Made by a program: the position numbers and the translations under genes
The notes under the pieces: model-generated
What the model was told of the DNA's origin: nothing
Seen by the model: only the letters and a program-made list of their open reading frames with translations
Databases searched by the model: none
Shown here: in pieces, positions 1 to 12,800 of the stretch
Position numbering within the stretch: the stretch's first letter is position 1
Layout: every line of letters begins with the position of its first letter
Origin: Eledone cirrhosa
Taxonomy: Eukaryota
NCBI GenBank assembly: GCA_964016885.1
Contig: OZ024743.1
Span: forward strand, 79,794,001-79,858,000
Length of the DNA stretch: 64,000 bases
Direction of reading: 5' to 3'

Positions 1-29
1 ATGGAGCATGCAACTATTGATATACTCTT

Positions 30-61
30 TTTTATAGGCTCTGATGATTCCTGCCTTAGGG
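30..61 (+). ncRNA. 5' half of a type-I hammerhead ribozyme interrupted by the Buster transposon (3' half at 3181-3209)
   Basis: Removing the element and one TSD gives ttttataggct CTGATGA T TCC TGCC TTAG GGTA C GGA T GAAAC ACT GTT agctaataaaa, with stems I, II and III all pairing. Confidence 0.75.
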
Positions 62-214
62 CAGTGGACGCCAACCTTTCTAAAACCGAGGAACCCTCTA
101 AATATTTTGAATTCTTCACGGAACCTATACAATACAAAACTTTTCAAAAAAAAATAATAAAGTATTTATTTATTTTAGTGTTTCATGCGTGTGTATGTAA
201 TCGAGCACAATTAT

Positions 215-2103
215 CTAGTGGATTTTCTGCTGCTGCGACTCATCAGTGAGTTTAGAAAATCGAGGTTCAACACTAGTTAATGCCAGTCTCATACACTCGT
301 CAATTGCTGACAGTTTATTCATCTTCTTTGTGCAGATTTCTACCAACTGCGAAAACTCTTCGCACAAGTAGCTAGATGGGAATAAAGTCAAATACTTCAA
401 TGCAAGTTGGCTGATTTCATTAAACTACCCAATCAAGAATAAGTCGATCCATAGTTCTTTCTTTCTACTTTCGAATATCACTTTCTGGTCTTCGTTTGAA
501 TTCAAATCCATCAACTGATGTAAGCATTGTGCAGGTAGTAATTTTTTACAATTTCCAGCGTCATTTTCTGACACTAACTGCTCGATCTCGGTGAATGGGT
601 TTTTTATCCATAAATTTCCGCTAACAATATCTTTTTCCATCAAGTCAAAATAATCTGAAAAACTTGTGGAAAGCACATTTAAATGAAAAAGAATAATCTT
701 CTTTAGATTGCTGGAGTAAAAATCTTCTCTCTTTTTAAGCTCTATTTCAAGGTTTGAAAGTAATGAGTAATTGTCCGATTCAATTCTTTTTATAAAGATG
801 TTTAATTTTGATTGAAAATATGTAATAAAATTGATTGAAGTAAAAATATCTGCATTGTTACCCTGAAGACACTTATTTAGTTTGTTCAGTTCACCAAAAA
901 TGTCTACTAAATAAGCGAGTTGCACATTCCATTCATTGGTTTCTAATACACTTTCTCTTTCATCATTCTGTTTTTTTAGAAAAACTATTATTTCTTCTCT
1001 CAGTTCAAAAACTCTCTTCATAGCATCCCCAAAAGACAGCCAACGCACATCGTTGTTCAATAACAATCTATTATAATTACTTCCAGAAGATTCACAAATA
1101 GATTCAAACATTCTAGAATTTTTTGCTCTTGCATGGATCAAATTGATAATTTTGACAATGTCTTTCAGCTGGTCATTTAATATTTGAGCATCTCTGTCCT
1201 TGAATTTCTTTTTAACACAAAACCTCTCAATGAATCATACAATGATTTGAAATACAATTTGGGTCTGTTCTTTAATTTTTGCAATCAAACCAGAATTGTT
1301 ACCAGTCATTGCAGCTGCTCCATCTGTTGTTATTGAAGTCAACTTGCTCCAAGATACACCATTTTAAAAAAGAAACTCTTCAATTTTATTGAATATATCT
1401 TGACCTTTAGTTGTGATGTCTAATACCAGACAAAACAAATACTCTTCTACTAATTCTTTTTTATCAAGGTCTATAAACCGTACATAGCAAATTAATTGAG
1501 CCTTGTTATTAATATCCGTAGTTTCGTCCACTTGCAGACCAAAACATGTGCTTTTCTTTAGTGGAGTTAGTATCTGATTTTCTATATCAGAAGAAATATC
1601 AATTATCCTTCTTTTTACCGTATTTGCTGACAATGGTAACCGGCTTAATTTTTCTTTGTCCTTAATACTGCAGCTTTCAAAAAGATTCTCTGTAGCAATT
1701 TTTATACTTGGCAGATTTAACTGTTCTCCTAATGTTTCTTGTTTTTACCAATCAAATGTGAAATTTCAAAAGATGTTCTTGTTAAAGCTTTATTTCTATC
1801 TGACTTTTTACAAAACAAGTCATACATATTAGCTTGTGATTTTTTGATGTTGTTTTTCAGCGAAGTAAAGTATTCCAGTGACTTGCTTTTATCATTGGTG
1901 TGATTAGTATCAAGGTGTCTTTTAAGTTTTGCAGGATTTAAACAGCTATTTGATAGAGCTTTTGAACATAGCAAACACATGGGCTGATCTGGTGTATCTT
2001 TTTTAGTGTCAGCTTTTTGAAATCCATATCTAACATAATCATCACACCACTGTCTAACCTTACTGCTGGTATCTAACTTCAGCTTCTTTGCAGTAGACAT
2101 CAT
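215..2103 (-). pseudogene. hAT/Buster transposase (ZBED5/SCAND3-like), broken into several frames
   Basis: ORF pieces in order: BED-like finger CLLC...LKRHLDTNH (1729-2103), LQVDETTD (1364-1633), VRWLS (425-1141) and C-terminal FPSSYLCE (215-400). Confidence 0.92.
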
Positions 2104-2235
2104 ATCAAGGTTATTTATCTACAGTTAACATTTTTGATATGACATTAATAAACAAGAGAAATTAAGTTTTTTTTATTACAAAAAGTACTTAAATTAACTT
2201 TAATTTTAGATATTTGGAAAAACTTAACTGGTTAA

Positions 2236-2303
2236 AATTATCCAGTGCATTACTGGTACTTTATTTTATCGATCCCGTAAGGATGAAAGGCAAAGTCAAC
2301 CTT
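2236..2303 (-). mobile_element. Fragment of tRNA-derived SINE inside the Buster element
   Basis: Matches the ACTGGTACTTTATTTTATCGA...GTAAGGATGAAAGGCAAAGT core of the SINE copies at 26995, 27606 and 45912. Confidence 0.8.
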
Positions 2304-3242
2304 CAAAGTTAGATATAATATAAGAAGGCTTTAGGCTGCGTTAAACATATATTAGATTGGAACAAATAAAGTTTAGTCAAATGTTTGTGGACATATATAT
2401 TTATTGTATAAAGTAATTTCTCAATTGTGAATGCAGATGTCATCAAATGAATACATAATTGTGTGGCAAAGTTTATAGTGTATGCATGGAATACAAAATT
2501 ACCTTTGTTAGTAGTCGAAACTGTACAGTCATTATATTTTCTGTGCAAAGTACAACAGAATGTAACGTGTTCTTATTTAGAATTGTCTGTAGAACTGGAT
2601 GGATGTTGAAAACTACTAGTAAGCGAGTTCACTCTGTGAGGAAACTTTAGGCGACTTTAAAGCTTTTGTGAGGACAGCAGATTAAAGCGTGTTCTCTATT
2701 GAAAACATTCTACTGAACTTACGTTGTGAGAACAGCGAACTGACCCTGTCTCTCGGCTGAGAGACCTCGCTGAACTGAAGTTTTGAGTTTAAAGTTTACT
2801 TGTTCGTGATTGGTCAATTTCTAAGTTTAATTAGTGTATTATCTGTAATAATCTCGGAATTCAGAAAACTATGTCTTTCCAAGAATTGATGTGAAATTGA
2901 AAGTATTCAATTTTCACGAATCTCAGAACAGTGTTTTTCTGCTAATTCAAGTGAGAAACTGAAAGTAGTGTTTTCCACGAATTGGAGTGGAGAACCTGTG
3001 TACACTACAATAGTACTCGTTCATTTATACATTGCACCTTTGGCATTTTCTTTGCACCTTTTTCAGAAAACCCAAAATATTAATAGTAATGTAAATATTT
3101 ATTTTTTTAAGGAACCCGGAGTTTATTTTACGGAACCCCAAGGTTCCGCGGAACCCATGTTGGCGACCACTGCCTTAGGGTACGGATGAAACACTGTTAG
3201 CTAATAAAACAATGCATTTCTAAGCCCTCTTTGGTTATTCCT

Positions 3243-3295
3243 AATATATATATATATACATACATACACAACCACATACATACATATATACATAT

Positions 3296-3344
<49 letters not shown>

Positions 3345-3371
3345 TACATACATATATATATATACATACAT

Positions 3372-3434
<63 letters not shown>

Positions 3435-3502
3435 TACATACATACATACATACATACATACATACATACATACATACACAACCACATACATATATATATA
3501 TA
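3243..3502. repeat. (TA)n/(TACA)n compound microsatellite
   Basis: Direct inspection. Similar tracts at about 9240-9445, 29600-29790, 36003-36133, 37420-37750, 47081-47170, 48100-48198 and 55166-55600. Confidence 0.95.
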
Positions 3503-4179
3503 TGAAGTATTTCCGTAGGAAGGGTAAAGGAAAGGAGAGTGTTCTATGTATGTTACAGAGCTATTTAATTAAGCAATAAACAAAATAAGACAATTATTCC
3601 ATTTACAAAAAGTTTAACGAAGACAGATAAGCCCGACAGAGACGTCTGAAATCGCTCATCAGAATGAAAATTTAATATGGACGTAGGATATGAATTTAAA
3701 AACAAAGGCTAATACAATTGAAAGCGAGGCTGATATACAATAAAATAAAGATAAGAAATAAAATAAATATATACATACATGCACAACTACATACATACAT
3801 ACATTTATACATACATATATGATGGCTGCCCCCTCGTTATCGTGTATGGCCATTGTACGAGAAAAAAACATACATAATAATAACAATAATAATAATAATG
3901 ATTTCATTTATTAGCCACAGGGGCCGACATGTAGGGGACAATACAAAGACAGGGACAGTGGGGGTTTACAATAAGGTCGAGTAAAATTGCACAATGGCAA
4001 GACTAACTTAACAATGAAGATATAAAAAATATAAAATAAACTATGCATAAATATAACAAAATAAATTCCCCGATAAGGGGTGGACGACCCTGGGATGACT
4101 CGGGTACCCCACCAATCCTGAACCACCCTGCGGTTCTAGGGCACCCGAGGAGAGCACCACTCTCCTCAAGTTAGCTAGC

Positions 4180-7100
4180 CTATAGGCGCATGGTCAGAGT
4201 AGGCCCATTCACACAGGCCATTCTCGCCACATTCATCCACCTTTTAGCAAATTTACTGGGGGAGGGGGGAAGCACTTCTCTCTCCACCCTCACCTTCCTT
4301 TCCAGGTGAAACTTGAAGAAGTTGATGAGGGATTGGCCGAAGAGAAAAGTGTCTGTCTTCATTCCTTTTAATCTGGTCCACCATATAACCTCTTTCGCAA
4401 CTGCCACCAGACAGAGGAAAATGTCCTGCTCTTCCTGACCTAAGGAAGATGGCGGGTCGATCTTCACTATGGACTCGGCCGATAGCCGGATTCGTTCCAC
4501 ACGCGACAGTAGCTGTTCGACATAATTCCACAAGTCAGTAATGCACGGACATTGGACAAGTGCGTGCAGAACGGTTTCGTCGTTCTGTGCGCATCTTGGT
4601 CAGGTCCGTCTGACAGCACTTCTGTGCCTGTAGAGTTTATCACGAACCGGCAGTGCCCCCCGGTAGCACTGCCAAGCGAGGGATTTCTAGAAATTGTCCA
4701 TCGTCCCCGACTAGAAAGTCCTCCGGTACAGACTGGTCAGTTCGACTTCGTCGAGGCCCAAAGCTTCTCCGAGTGCGTCATCGCACTGGCCCGCCACTAA
4801 TCCTCTATAGAACTCGAGAGTGGAAGTTCCACTGATCCCATTGCCCGCTTGGTAGAGGGAAGTGAGTGCCTGGCAACATTCGAGGTGCCAGTCACCCAGT
4901 CTCGGTCTCTTCGTGACCCAGGACTGCAGCTCCGTCAAAGAAACGAGTTGTGGAAAGGCCCGTCTGATAAACGGCGACCACACCTGTTCACCGTTTAGGC
5001 AGAATATCTGGAGATGTCGCAGCCTCAACGCATGCCCGCGCATCATTAACCACGGCATGCCCAGCCCTCCACGTAGAGGGTTCTGGCAGCATCTTGTCCC
5101 CTCCACAAGAATTTGAAGAGGAGCCGTTCCAACATGACGAGGCGCGGACGGGGGCTAGGCACGGCGGTCAGGTGGTAGTAGATGACGGACGCGATGTACG
5201 CATTCGCCACCTCCGCGCGACCTTTCAGTGATAGCTTCCTCCCAGCCCATTTTTGGGTGAGACTGGCTACTTTGCTCGTTACCTCGTCCCAATTCTTTTC
5301 CACCTGGAGGTCTGGTCCGAACCAAACCCCGAGCAACTTTACCGGTCCATCCGTCCAGCGCCCCACGACGCTGTTGGACGGCATGGGCTTGCCTCTCCAG
5401 GTTCTGAGCTGCAAGCCCACTGACTTTTCCGGGTTAAGTTTGGCTCCTGTCAACCTTTCATATTCCTTCAATAAGGTGCCGAAGGCCTCGATTTCTGAGG
5501 TGTTCGACACCATCACGATGATGTCGTCCGCATAAACCGACACCGCCTTTCCACGACCCGGTTCGAGCGGGATGCCCTGCAACAGCTCCAGCTTCCGCAG
5601 TAAAGGCTCGAGAGTCAATACGTACAGAAGGGAAGAAAGAGTGCACCCTTGACGGACCGATCGGAGAGCCGAAATGGTTCCGAGAGTTGGCCATTAACCA
5701 TGACCACCGAGCGTGTGTCGCTGTGCATTGCAGCGATCCAGCTTCTGAAGACAGGGCCGAAGCCAGCTGCTTTGAGGACAAACTCTAGATACCGATGGTC
5801 GACCCTATCGAATGCTTTCGATTGATCTAAATTGATCAGTGCCCCCCCCCGAAGCCAGGTTTACACCCTACCCTCTCTATGATGTATCGCATGAGGTGGA
5901 GATTGTCGTGTATGGACCTGGCTGGGATTGCGCAAGTTTGCGCCTCCCCAACCAAATCCTTGACGACAAGCGCCAATCTCTTTTCTAATACCTTGGCCAA
6001 AATCTTAAACTCTGTGTTGAGCAGAGTTATGGGCCTGAAGTTGTCTAATGTATCCATCTTGTTCTCGTCTTTCCTTATCAGCGTCACCACTTCCGTGCTC
6101 ACAGAACTAGGAATACTCCCATTCTGCTGCCAGTTGCAATAGAGTGCTTCGAGCAGATCGGAGAACAAGTCTGGCATATTTGCGTACAGCTCGTAGGGCA
6201 GGCCATCCAAACCGGGTGACTTGCGCCTCATGCAGCCGATAAGGGCGTTCTGAATTTCGGCTGAAGTAATCGGCCATTCGCAGCGCTCAGCGTCGACCGT
6301 CGAGATGCGCGGCAAGCCGTCAAGGTAGGGACTTAAATACGCCACTCTCTCTGACTCGCCACTCTCCCCGAACAACCGAGCAAAGTGCTGGCGAAAGGCC
6401 TGACAAATCCGCTTGGAATCGCTTATCTCGTGTCCGCCTCGGTCTGCCAAAGACCGAATTGTGGTTTTATTACCACGCTGCGCCTACGCCACGCGGGCCC
6501 ATCGAACAGCTTTGGTTCCCTCGTTTCTCAGCGCACGCGCCTTAGCTCTGACAATGCAACCTTCGTGTTTCACATTGAAGAAATGGTCTAATGCCATTCT
6601 CGCCGCTAGCACGTTAGTTGCAATGCCACTACAAATAGCCTCATCTAACTTATCTACCAGCTCCCCCTACTTTCTATTTTTCTCTAACGCTAGTTCTTTG
6701 CTGAACTCTATTGAAGTTACTCTAATCTCTCTTTTGGGAGCCCCCACCATCTGCTGTTGATGATCCCCCTGTCTATTTTTGCTTAACTAAACTGTTGACT
6801 CGGTTCCTGTAAGGCTTACGTGCCGGAAATGACATGTTCAGCTTCCAGTAACCCGGTCCCAACCTACGCGTTTTATCTAGGGCGACCATACAGATCACAC
6901 ATTTGTGATCTGAATAGGCAACCGTTTTAAAAAGTGGGCAGCCTGCACTATTTCTATCTATTCTCCTAATGAAGATCCTGTCTATATACGATCTAGATGA
7001 CCCCATGCGGTTGGTCCATGTCCATACTGGCGCATTGGGGAAATCTAGTCGATACCTGTCAGAAAGTTGGAACTGGCTGATTAGGTACTTGCCCCCCCCC

Positions 7101-7587
7101 CCCCCCCCACACACTCCTATCAGTTACTCCCACACAATCCCAGCGTGCGTCTAAGATGCCGTTCCAGTCCCCCGCTAAGAGTAAAGGGCGAGACGTACCC
7201 AGAAAGGTGTAAAGGCCTAAAGAAGTCCGGTCGTCCGGCCCCAGTAGGGGCGTAGACGGCCAGCAATCTAAAGGCATCACCTTCGCTACTGCTCACATCC
7301 AAGACCACCAACTTACCGTCTGGGTCCCGGAAGATCGACCTTACCTCGAGATCCTGTCCTTTCCTAAACAGCACTGCCACTACCCCTCCCATTCCCTGCC
7401 TGCTAACAGATGCGAAGATCTGATAGTCGTCGAAAATGGGGGCTAGTGCGCGCGTGTCGGAAATTCTGGTCTCGCTGACAGAAATCACATCCATTTCCAG
7501 CGACCTGACGTCGTAGAGCAGGTGACCCTGCTTCCAGGGTGACCCCAGGCCGCGAACATTTAAACTTCCTATTCTTAATATGATCAT
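4180..7587 (-). pseudogene. LINE ORF2: AP-endonuclease plus reverse transcriptase, frameshifted
   Basis: Endonuclease motifs GSLNVRGL, SET, GDWN, IDRIF and SDH. RT motifs KSPGLDGLPYELY, FRPITLLNTEFKILAK, YADD and KLLGV, spread over several frames. Confidence 0.92.
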
Positions 7588-7616
7588 GTTGGCAAGCTAA
7601 AAGAGAGAGGGAAGGT

Positions 7617-8880
7617 TTACTTACCTCCCCGGGTCTTGTGAAGGTCGGGTGGTTCGACCTCCATGGTTGGTGGGGTTTCTTTTGGGAATCCCTTTAAAAG
7701 TCTTGATGTGGGTTTCACGTTCGGGGTTCCCACGTCTTGAGGAAAGCTCTCTTGAATTTCTTTGTAGGAATCGAGCGACATTCGGACCAGAAGCAAATCT
7801 TCTGGCACGCAAACTGTGCTCATTTCAAAGATCTCCTCCTCTGTTTGAATGTCCTCGCTTCGTGCTAAGAGGGCCATCAGTTCATCGTTGGCCCTCCTGA
7901 CAAGCACGAAGTTTTTAACATTTTGTTGGTGTGGTTTTATTTGTTTTCGTTTTGGTGACTGTGGTGGTGATGGTTTTGGTGGTGTTTGTTGTAGGTGTGG
8001 TGTCTTCAATTTCAGGTATTTGTGTGTTTATTTGTTCTTGTGTTTGTTTAGGTTGTTTGCGTTTCGGGGATTGTGGGGGTGGTGTCGATGTTGCTGTTGG
8101 TGCTGATGTTATTGGGGAAGTGTTTGCGTTAGTGGTGTCTGTATATTTTGTTGTGTATGTTTTTGTGTTTTGTTGGGGCTTTTTTTTGTGAGTTTTCTGT
8201 TTTTTTTTGCACTTTTGAGTTTTCCTTCATCTTCGCTGCTGGTCTGTGGCTGTGAGTGTCTCTGATTCTGTGTGTGCGTTTTTTGTTTTGTCTATGTGTA
8301 TAATTGGGGGGTGGGGAGAGCTTTCCTCGTTTTCCCCTTGGATTGGTTTGGGTGTTGGTGGTGGTCCGGCTGTTTTTGATGTTGGTGCCCGTGTTTTTGT
8401 TGGTGTTGTTTTTGATGGTGGTGGTGCAGCTTTCCGTGCTGACACTGGCGTTGGCAACAAAGGAGGTTTGCGACCCCCTGCATTTTTGTGCTGAGGCCAG
8501 AAGGCTTGCAGATGCGTTGCTTCCCCGCAGACGAAGCAGTGTGGATTCTTCCCTCAGTGATTAGTTGGATTGTTGTCCCGTCCTGCAGGCGGGCAAAATC
8601 CGGGATGTTGTTCATGTCCTCTGGTTTCATTTGGAGAAGAATCTCCAAATCAATTCCGGACCAGTCTTCTCTCTCTGTCCTTTTGATATCCAGGAGGGTA
8701 GTGTCTGTCCCCTCCTCGATTACGCATCCCAGCAGTCACTATATGTTCATTCCTGGTGGGATGCTGGGAATCGGATCTTTACTGTCCTTTTAGCCATGTA
8801 GAACGGGTGCATTATAATGCGTTCCGTTCTGCAGGGGGTCACCGAGTGCTTAATAGCAAGGACCTCGGTTTTGAACAGTA
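7617..8880 (-). pseudogene. LINE ORF1 remnant with degenerate CCHC knuckle and Pro/Thr/Lys-rich tail
   Basis: IPDFARLQDGTTIQLITEGR followed, after a frameshift, by CFVCGEATHL; homologous to EGRRPRCYLCGQKGHL at 60324-60629. Confidence 0.75.
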
Positions 8881-8885
8881 CCGAG

Positions 8886-8925
<40 letters not shown>

Positions 8926-9391
8926 ACTATTAATAATTATTAATTAATGCAATCGTGCAATGCCTGTGCGTGAAAAATATTTTTAAAGTGAGGAAAGACT
9001 GTGCACTGAGCCAATCCCACTCTCTGAGCGACAGTAGCTATAACCCGAAAATAAAAGATCAACATCAACGGTAAATACTGAGCCGCAGGTTTTATGTCGG
9101 AGTTAACCCAGTTTCCTGAGATGCCTTCTCCTAGAAGAATGCCCTGACAAGGACTAGGGATTCTTCACACCCAATGGTTTAACTGCGCGATCGGGTATCC
9201 AGCCCGACTATTTCTATGTCTCCGCGCATAAACAAAAAATATATATGCATATATACATATATACATACATATGTAGATCCATACATATATATACATACAT
9301 ATATACATACATACATACATACATAAATAGATACATACATATATACATCCATATATATATATATATATACATATATACATACATACATACA

Positions 9392-9427
<36 letters not shown>

Positions 9428-9870
9428 TACATATGTACATACATGGGTATTTGACAATGTGGACTAAACCAAAGAAATAATATTGCATCAGAAATATGTA
9501 AAAAATAATTTATTCGTAAGAAACACTTCCTGAAGAGAACAGACGTTACAAAGCCAAAGTATTTCGTGTTTTCTGCGACATCTCATTAAAACTCCGAGAC
9601 TATGTTTGTTTTACCTAGAGGATTTAGCAACATACGAGATTACTGTAGGATTAAATCACCTTGCGGCGGGTCAGTGATTAGAGAAATAAAGAAATTCACG
9701 ACCAGTTTGTACAGCTTGTCTCAATTGAATGAGGGAATTTGTCACAGTGTTAAACACACGCTTTTCTGATATATACATTGCGTCAATCTTGGTAACTCTC
9801 TTTGTTGTTTTATCTTATAGCAGTAAGAGAGTATGGTACATGGATATTGCAGTTATGTAGTGAGACTGTA

Positions 9871-12800
9871 GATCTCATACTGTTATTGGAGATGTCATAC
9901 TGTTACTGGAGATGTCATACTGTTACTGGAGATGTCATACTGTTACTGGAGATGTATTACTGTTACTGGAGATGTCATACAGTTACTGGAGATGTCATAC
10001 TGTTACTGGAGATGTCATACTGTTACTGGAGATGTATTACTGTTACAGGAGATGTATTACTGTTACTGGAGATGTCATACTGTTACTGGAGATGTCATAC
10101 TGTTACTGGAGATGTCATACTGTTACTGGAGATGTATTACTGTTACTGGGGATGTCTTACTGTTACTGGAGATGTCATACTGTTACTGGAGATGTCATAC
10201 TGTTACTGGAGATGTCATACTGTTACTGGAGATGTCTTACTATTACTGGAGATGTCATACTGTTACTGAAGATGTCATACTGTTACTGGAGATGTCATAC
10301 TGTTACTGGAGATGTCATACTGTTACTGGAGATGTCATACTGTTACTGGAGATGTCATACTGTTACTGGAGATGTCATACTGTTACTGGAGATGTCATAC
10401 TGTTACTGGAGATGTCATACAGTTACTGGAGATGTCATACTGTTACTGGAGATGTCATACTGTTACTGGAGATGTCATACAGTTACTGGAGATGTCATAC
10501 TGTTACTGGAGATGTCATACTGTTACTGGAGATGTCATACAGTTACTGGAGATGTCATACTGTTACTGGAGATGTCATACTGTTACTGGAGATGTCATAC
10601 TGTTACTGGAGATGTCATACTGTTACTGGAGATGTCATACAGTTACTGGAGATGTCATACTGTTACTGGAGATGTCATACTGTTACTGGAGATGTCATAC
10701 TGTTACTGGAGATGTCATACTGTTACTGGAGATGTCATACTGTTACTGGAGATGTCATACAGTTACTGGAGATGTCATACAGTTACTGGAGATGTCATAC
10801 AGTTACTGGAGATGTCATACTGTTACTGGAGATGTCATACTGTTACTGGAGATGTCATACAGTTACTGGAGATGTCATACTGTTACTGGAGATGTCATAC
10901 AGTTACTGGAGATGTCATACTGTTACTGGAGATGTCTTACTGTTACTGGAGATGTCATACTGTTACTGGAGATGTCTTACTGTTACTGGAGATGTCATAC
11001 AGTTACTGGAGATGTCATACTGTTACTGGAGATGTCTTACTGTTACTGGAGATGTCATACAGTTACTGGAGATGTCATACTGTTACTGGAGATGTCATAC
11101 TGTTACTGGAGATGTCATACTGTTACTGGAGATGTATTACTGTTACTGGAGATGTCATACTGTTACTGGAGATGTCTTACTGTTACTGGAGATGTCATAC
11201 AGTTACTGGAGATGTCATACTGTTACTGGAGATGTATTACTGTTACTGGACATGTCATACTGTTACTGGAGATGTCTTACTGTTACTGGAGATGTCATAC
11301 TGTTACTGGAGATGTCATACTGTTACTGGAGATGTATTACTGTTACTGGAGATGTCATACTGTTACTGGAGATGTCTTACTGTTACTGGAGATGTCATAC
11401 TGTTACTGGAGATGTCATACAGTTACTGGAGATGTCATACAGTTACTGGAGATGTCATACTGTTACTGGAGATGTATTACTGTTACTGGAGATGTCATAC
11501 AGTTACTGGAGATGTCATACTGTTACAGGAGATGTCTTACTGTTACTGGAGATGTCATACAGTTACTGGAGATGTCATACAGTTACTGGAGATGTCTTAC
11601 TGTTACTGGGGATGTCATACTGTTACTGGAGTTGTCATACAGTTACTGGAGATGTATTACTGTTACTGGGGATGTCATACTGTTACTGGAGTTGTCATAC
11701 TGTTACTGGAGATGTCTTACTGTTACTGGAGATGTATTACTGTTACTGGAGATGTCTTACTGTTACTGGAGATGTATTACTGTTACTGGAGATGTATTAC
11801 TGTTACTGGAGATGTCATACAGTTACTGGAGATGTCATACTGTTACTGGAGATGTCATACTGTTACTGGAGATGTCTTACTGTTACTGGAGATGTCATAC
11901 AGTTACTGGAGATGTCTTACTGTTACTGGGGATGTCATACTGTTACTGGAGTTGTCATACTGTTACTGGAGATGTCTTACTGTTACTGGAGATGTATTAC
12001 TGTTACTGGAGATGTCTTACTGTTACTGGAGATGTATTACTGTTACTGGAGATGTATTACTGTTACTGGAGATGTCATACAGTTACTGGAGATGTCATAC
12101 TGTTACTGGAGATGTCATACTGTTACTGGAGATGTCTTACTGTTACTGGAGTTGTCATACAGTTACTGGAGATGTCTTACTGTTACTGGGGATGTCATAC
12201 TGTTACTGGAGTTGTCATACTGTTACTGGAGATGTCTTACTGTTACTGGAGATGTATTACTGTTACTGGAGATGTCTTACTGTTACTGGAGATGTATTAC
12301 TGTTACTGGAGATGTATTACTGTTACTGGAGATGTCATACAGTTACTGGAGATGTCATACTGTTACTGGAGATGTCATACTGTTACTGGAGATGTCTTAC
12401 TGTTACTGGAGATGTCATACAGTTACTGGAGATGTCTTACTGTTACTGGGGATGTCATACTGTTACTGGGGATGTCATACTGTTACTGGAGATGTATTAC
12501 TGTTACTGGAGATGTCATACAGTTACTGGAGATGTCATACAGTTACTGGAGATGTCATACTGTTACTGGAGATGTCATACTGTTACTGGAGATGTCATAC
12601 TGTTACTGGAGATGTCATACTGTTACTGGAGATGTCTTACTGTTACTGGAGATGTATTACTGTTACTGGAGATGTATTACTGTTACTGGAGATGTCTTAC
12701 TGTTACTGGAGATGTCTTACTGTTACTGGAGATGTCATACTGTTACTGGAGATGTCATACTGTTACTGGAGATGTCTTACTGTTACTGGAGATGTATTAC

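Larger units (their letters stand above)
62..3172 (-). mobile_element. hAT (Buster/Charlie-type) DNA transposon, both ends intact, transposase inactivated
   Basis: TIR CAGTGGACGCCAAC (62-75) and GTTGGCGACCACTG (3159-3172), 13/14 match. 8-bp TSD CCTTAGGG at 54-61 and 3173-3180 with the central TA typical of Buster. GGAACC subterminal motifs at both ends. Confidence 0.95.
3876..8886 (-). mobile_element. Tx1/L1-clade non-LTR retrotransposon, 5'-truncated in ORF1 and decayed
   Basis: ORF1 remnant plus APE-RT ORF2. 3' UTR ends in AATAAA and an (ATT)n tail (3876-3899 on the + strand); an (AAT)n tract also abuts the 5' end (8887-8923). Confidence 0.92.

Noticed and set aside
3197-3518. YIYI, VCVC, LSLS and ERER ORFs here and throughout the window
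   Set aside because: Translations of microsatellites.
3620-3666. HHR on the minus strand (CTGATGA at about 3657-3663)
   Set aside because: No GAAA box and no stem I pairing.
9145-9610. HHR-like CTGACAA and CTGAAGA motifs
   Set aside because: Stems I-III could not be built with a GAAA on the same strand.
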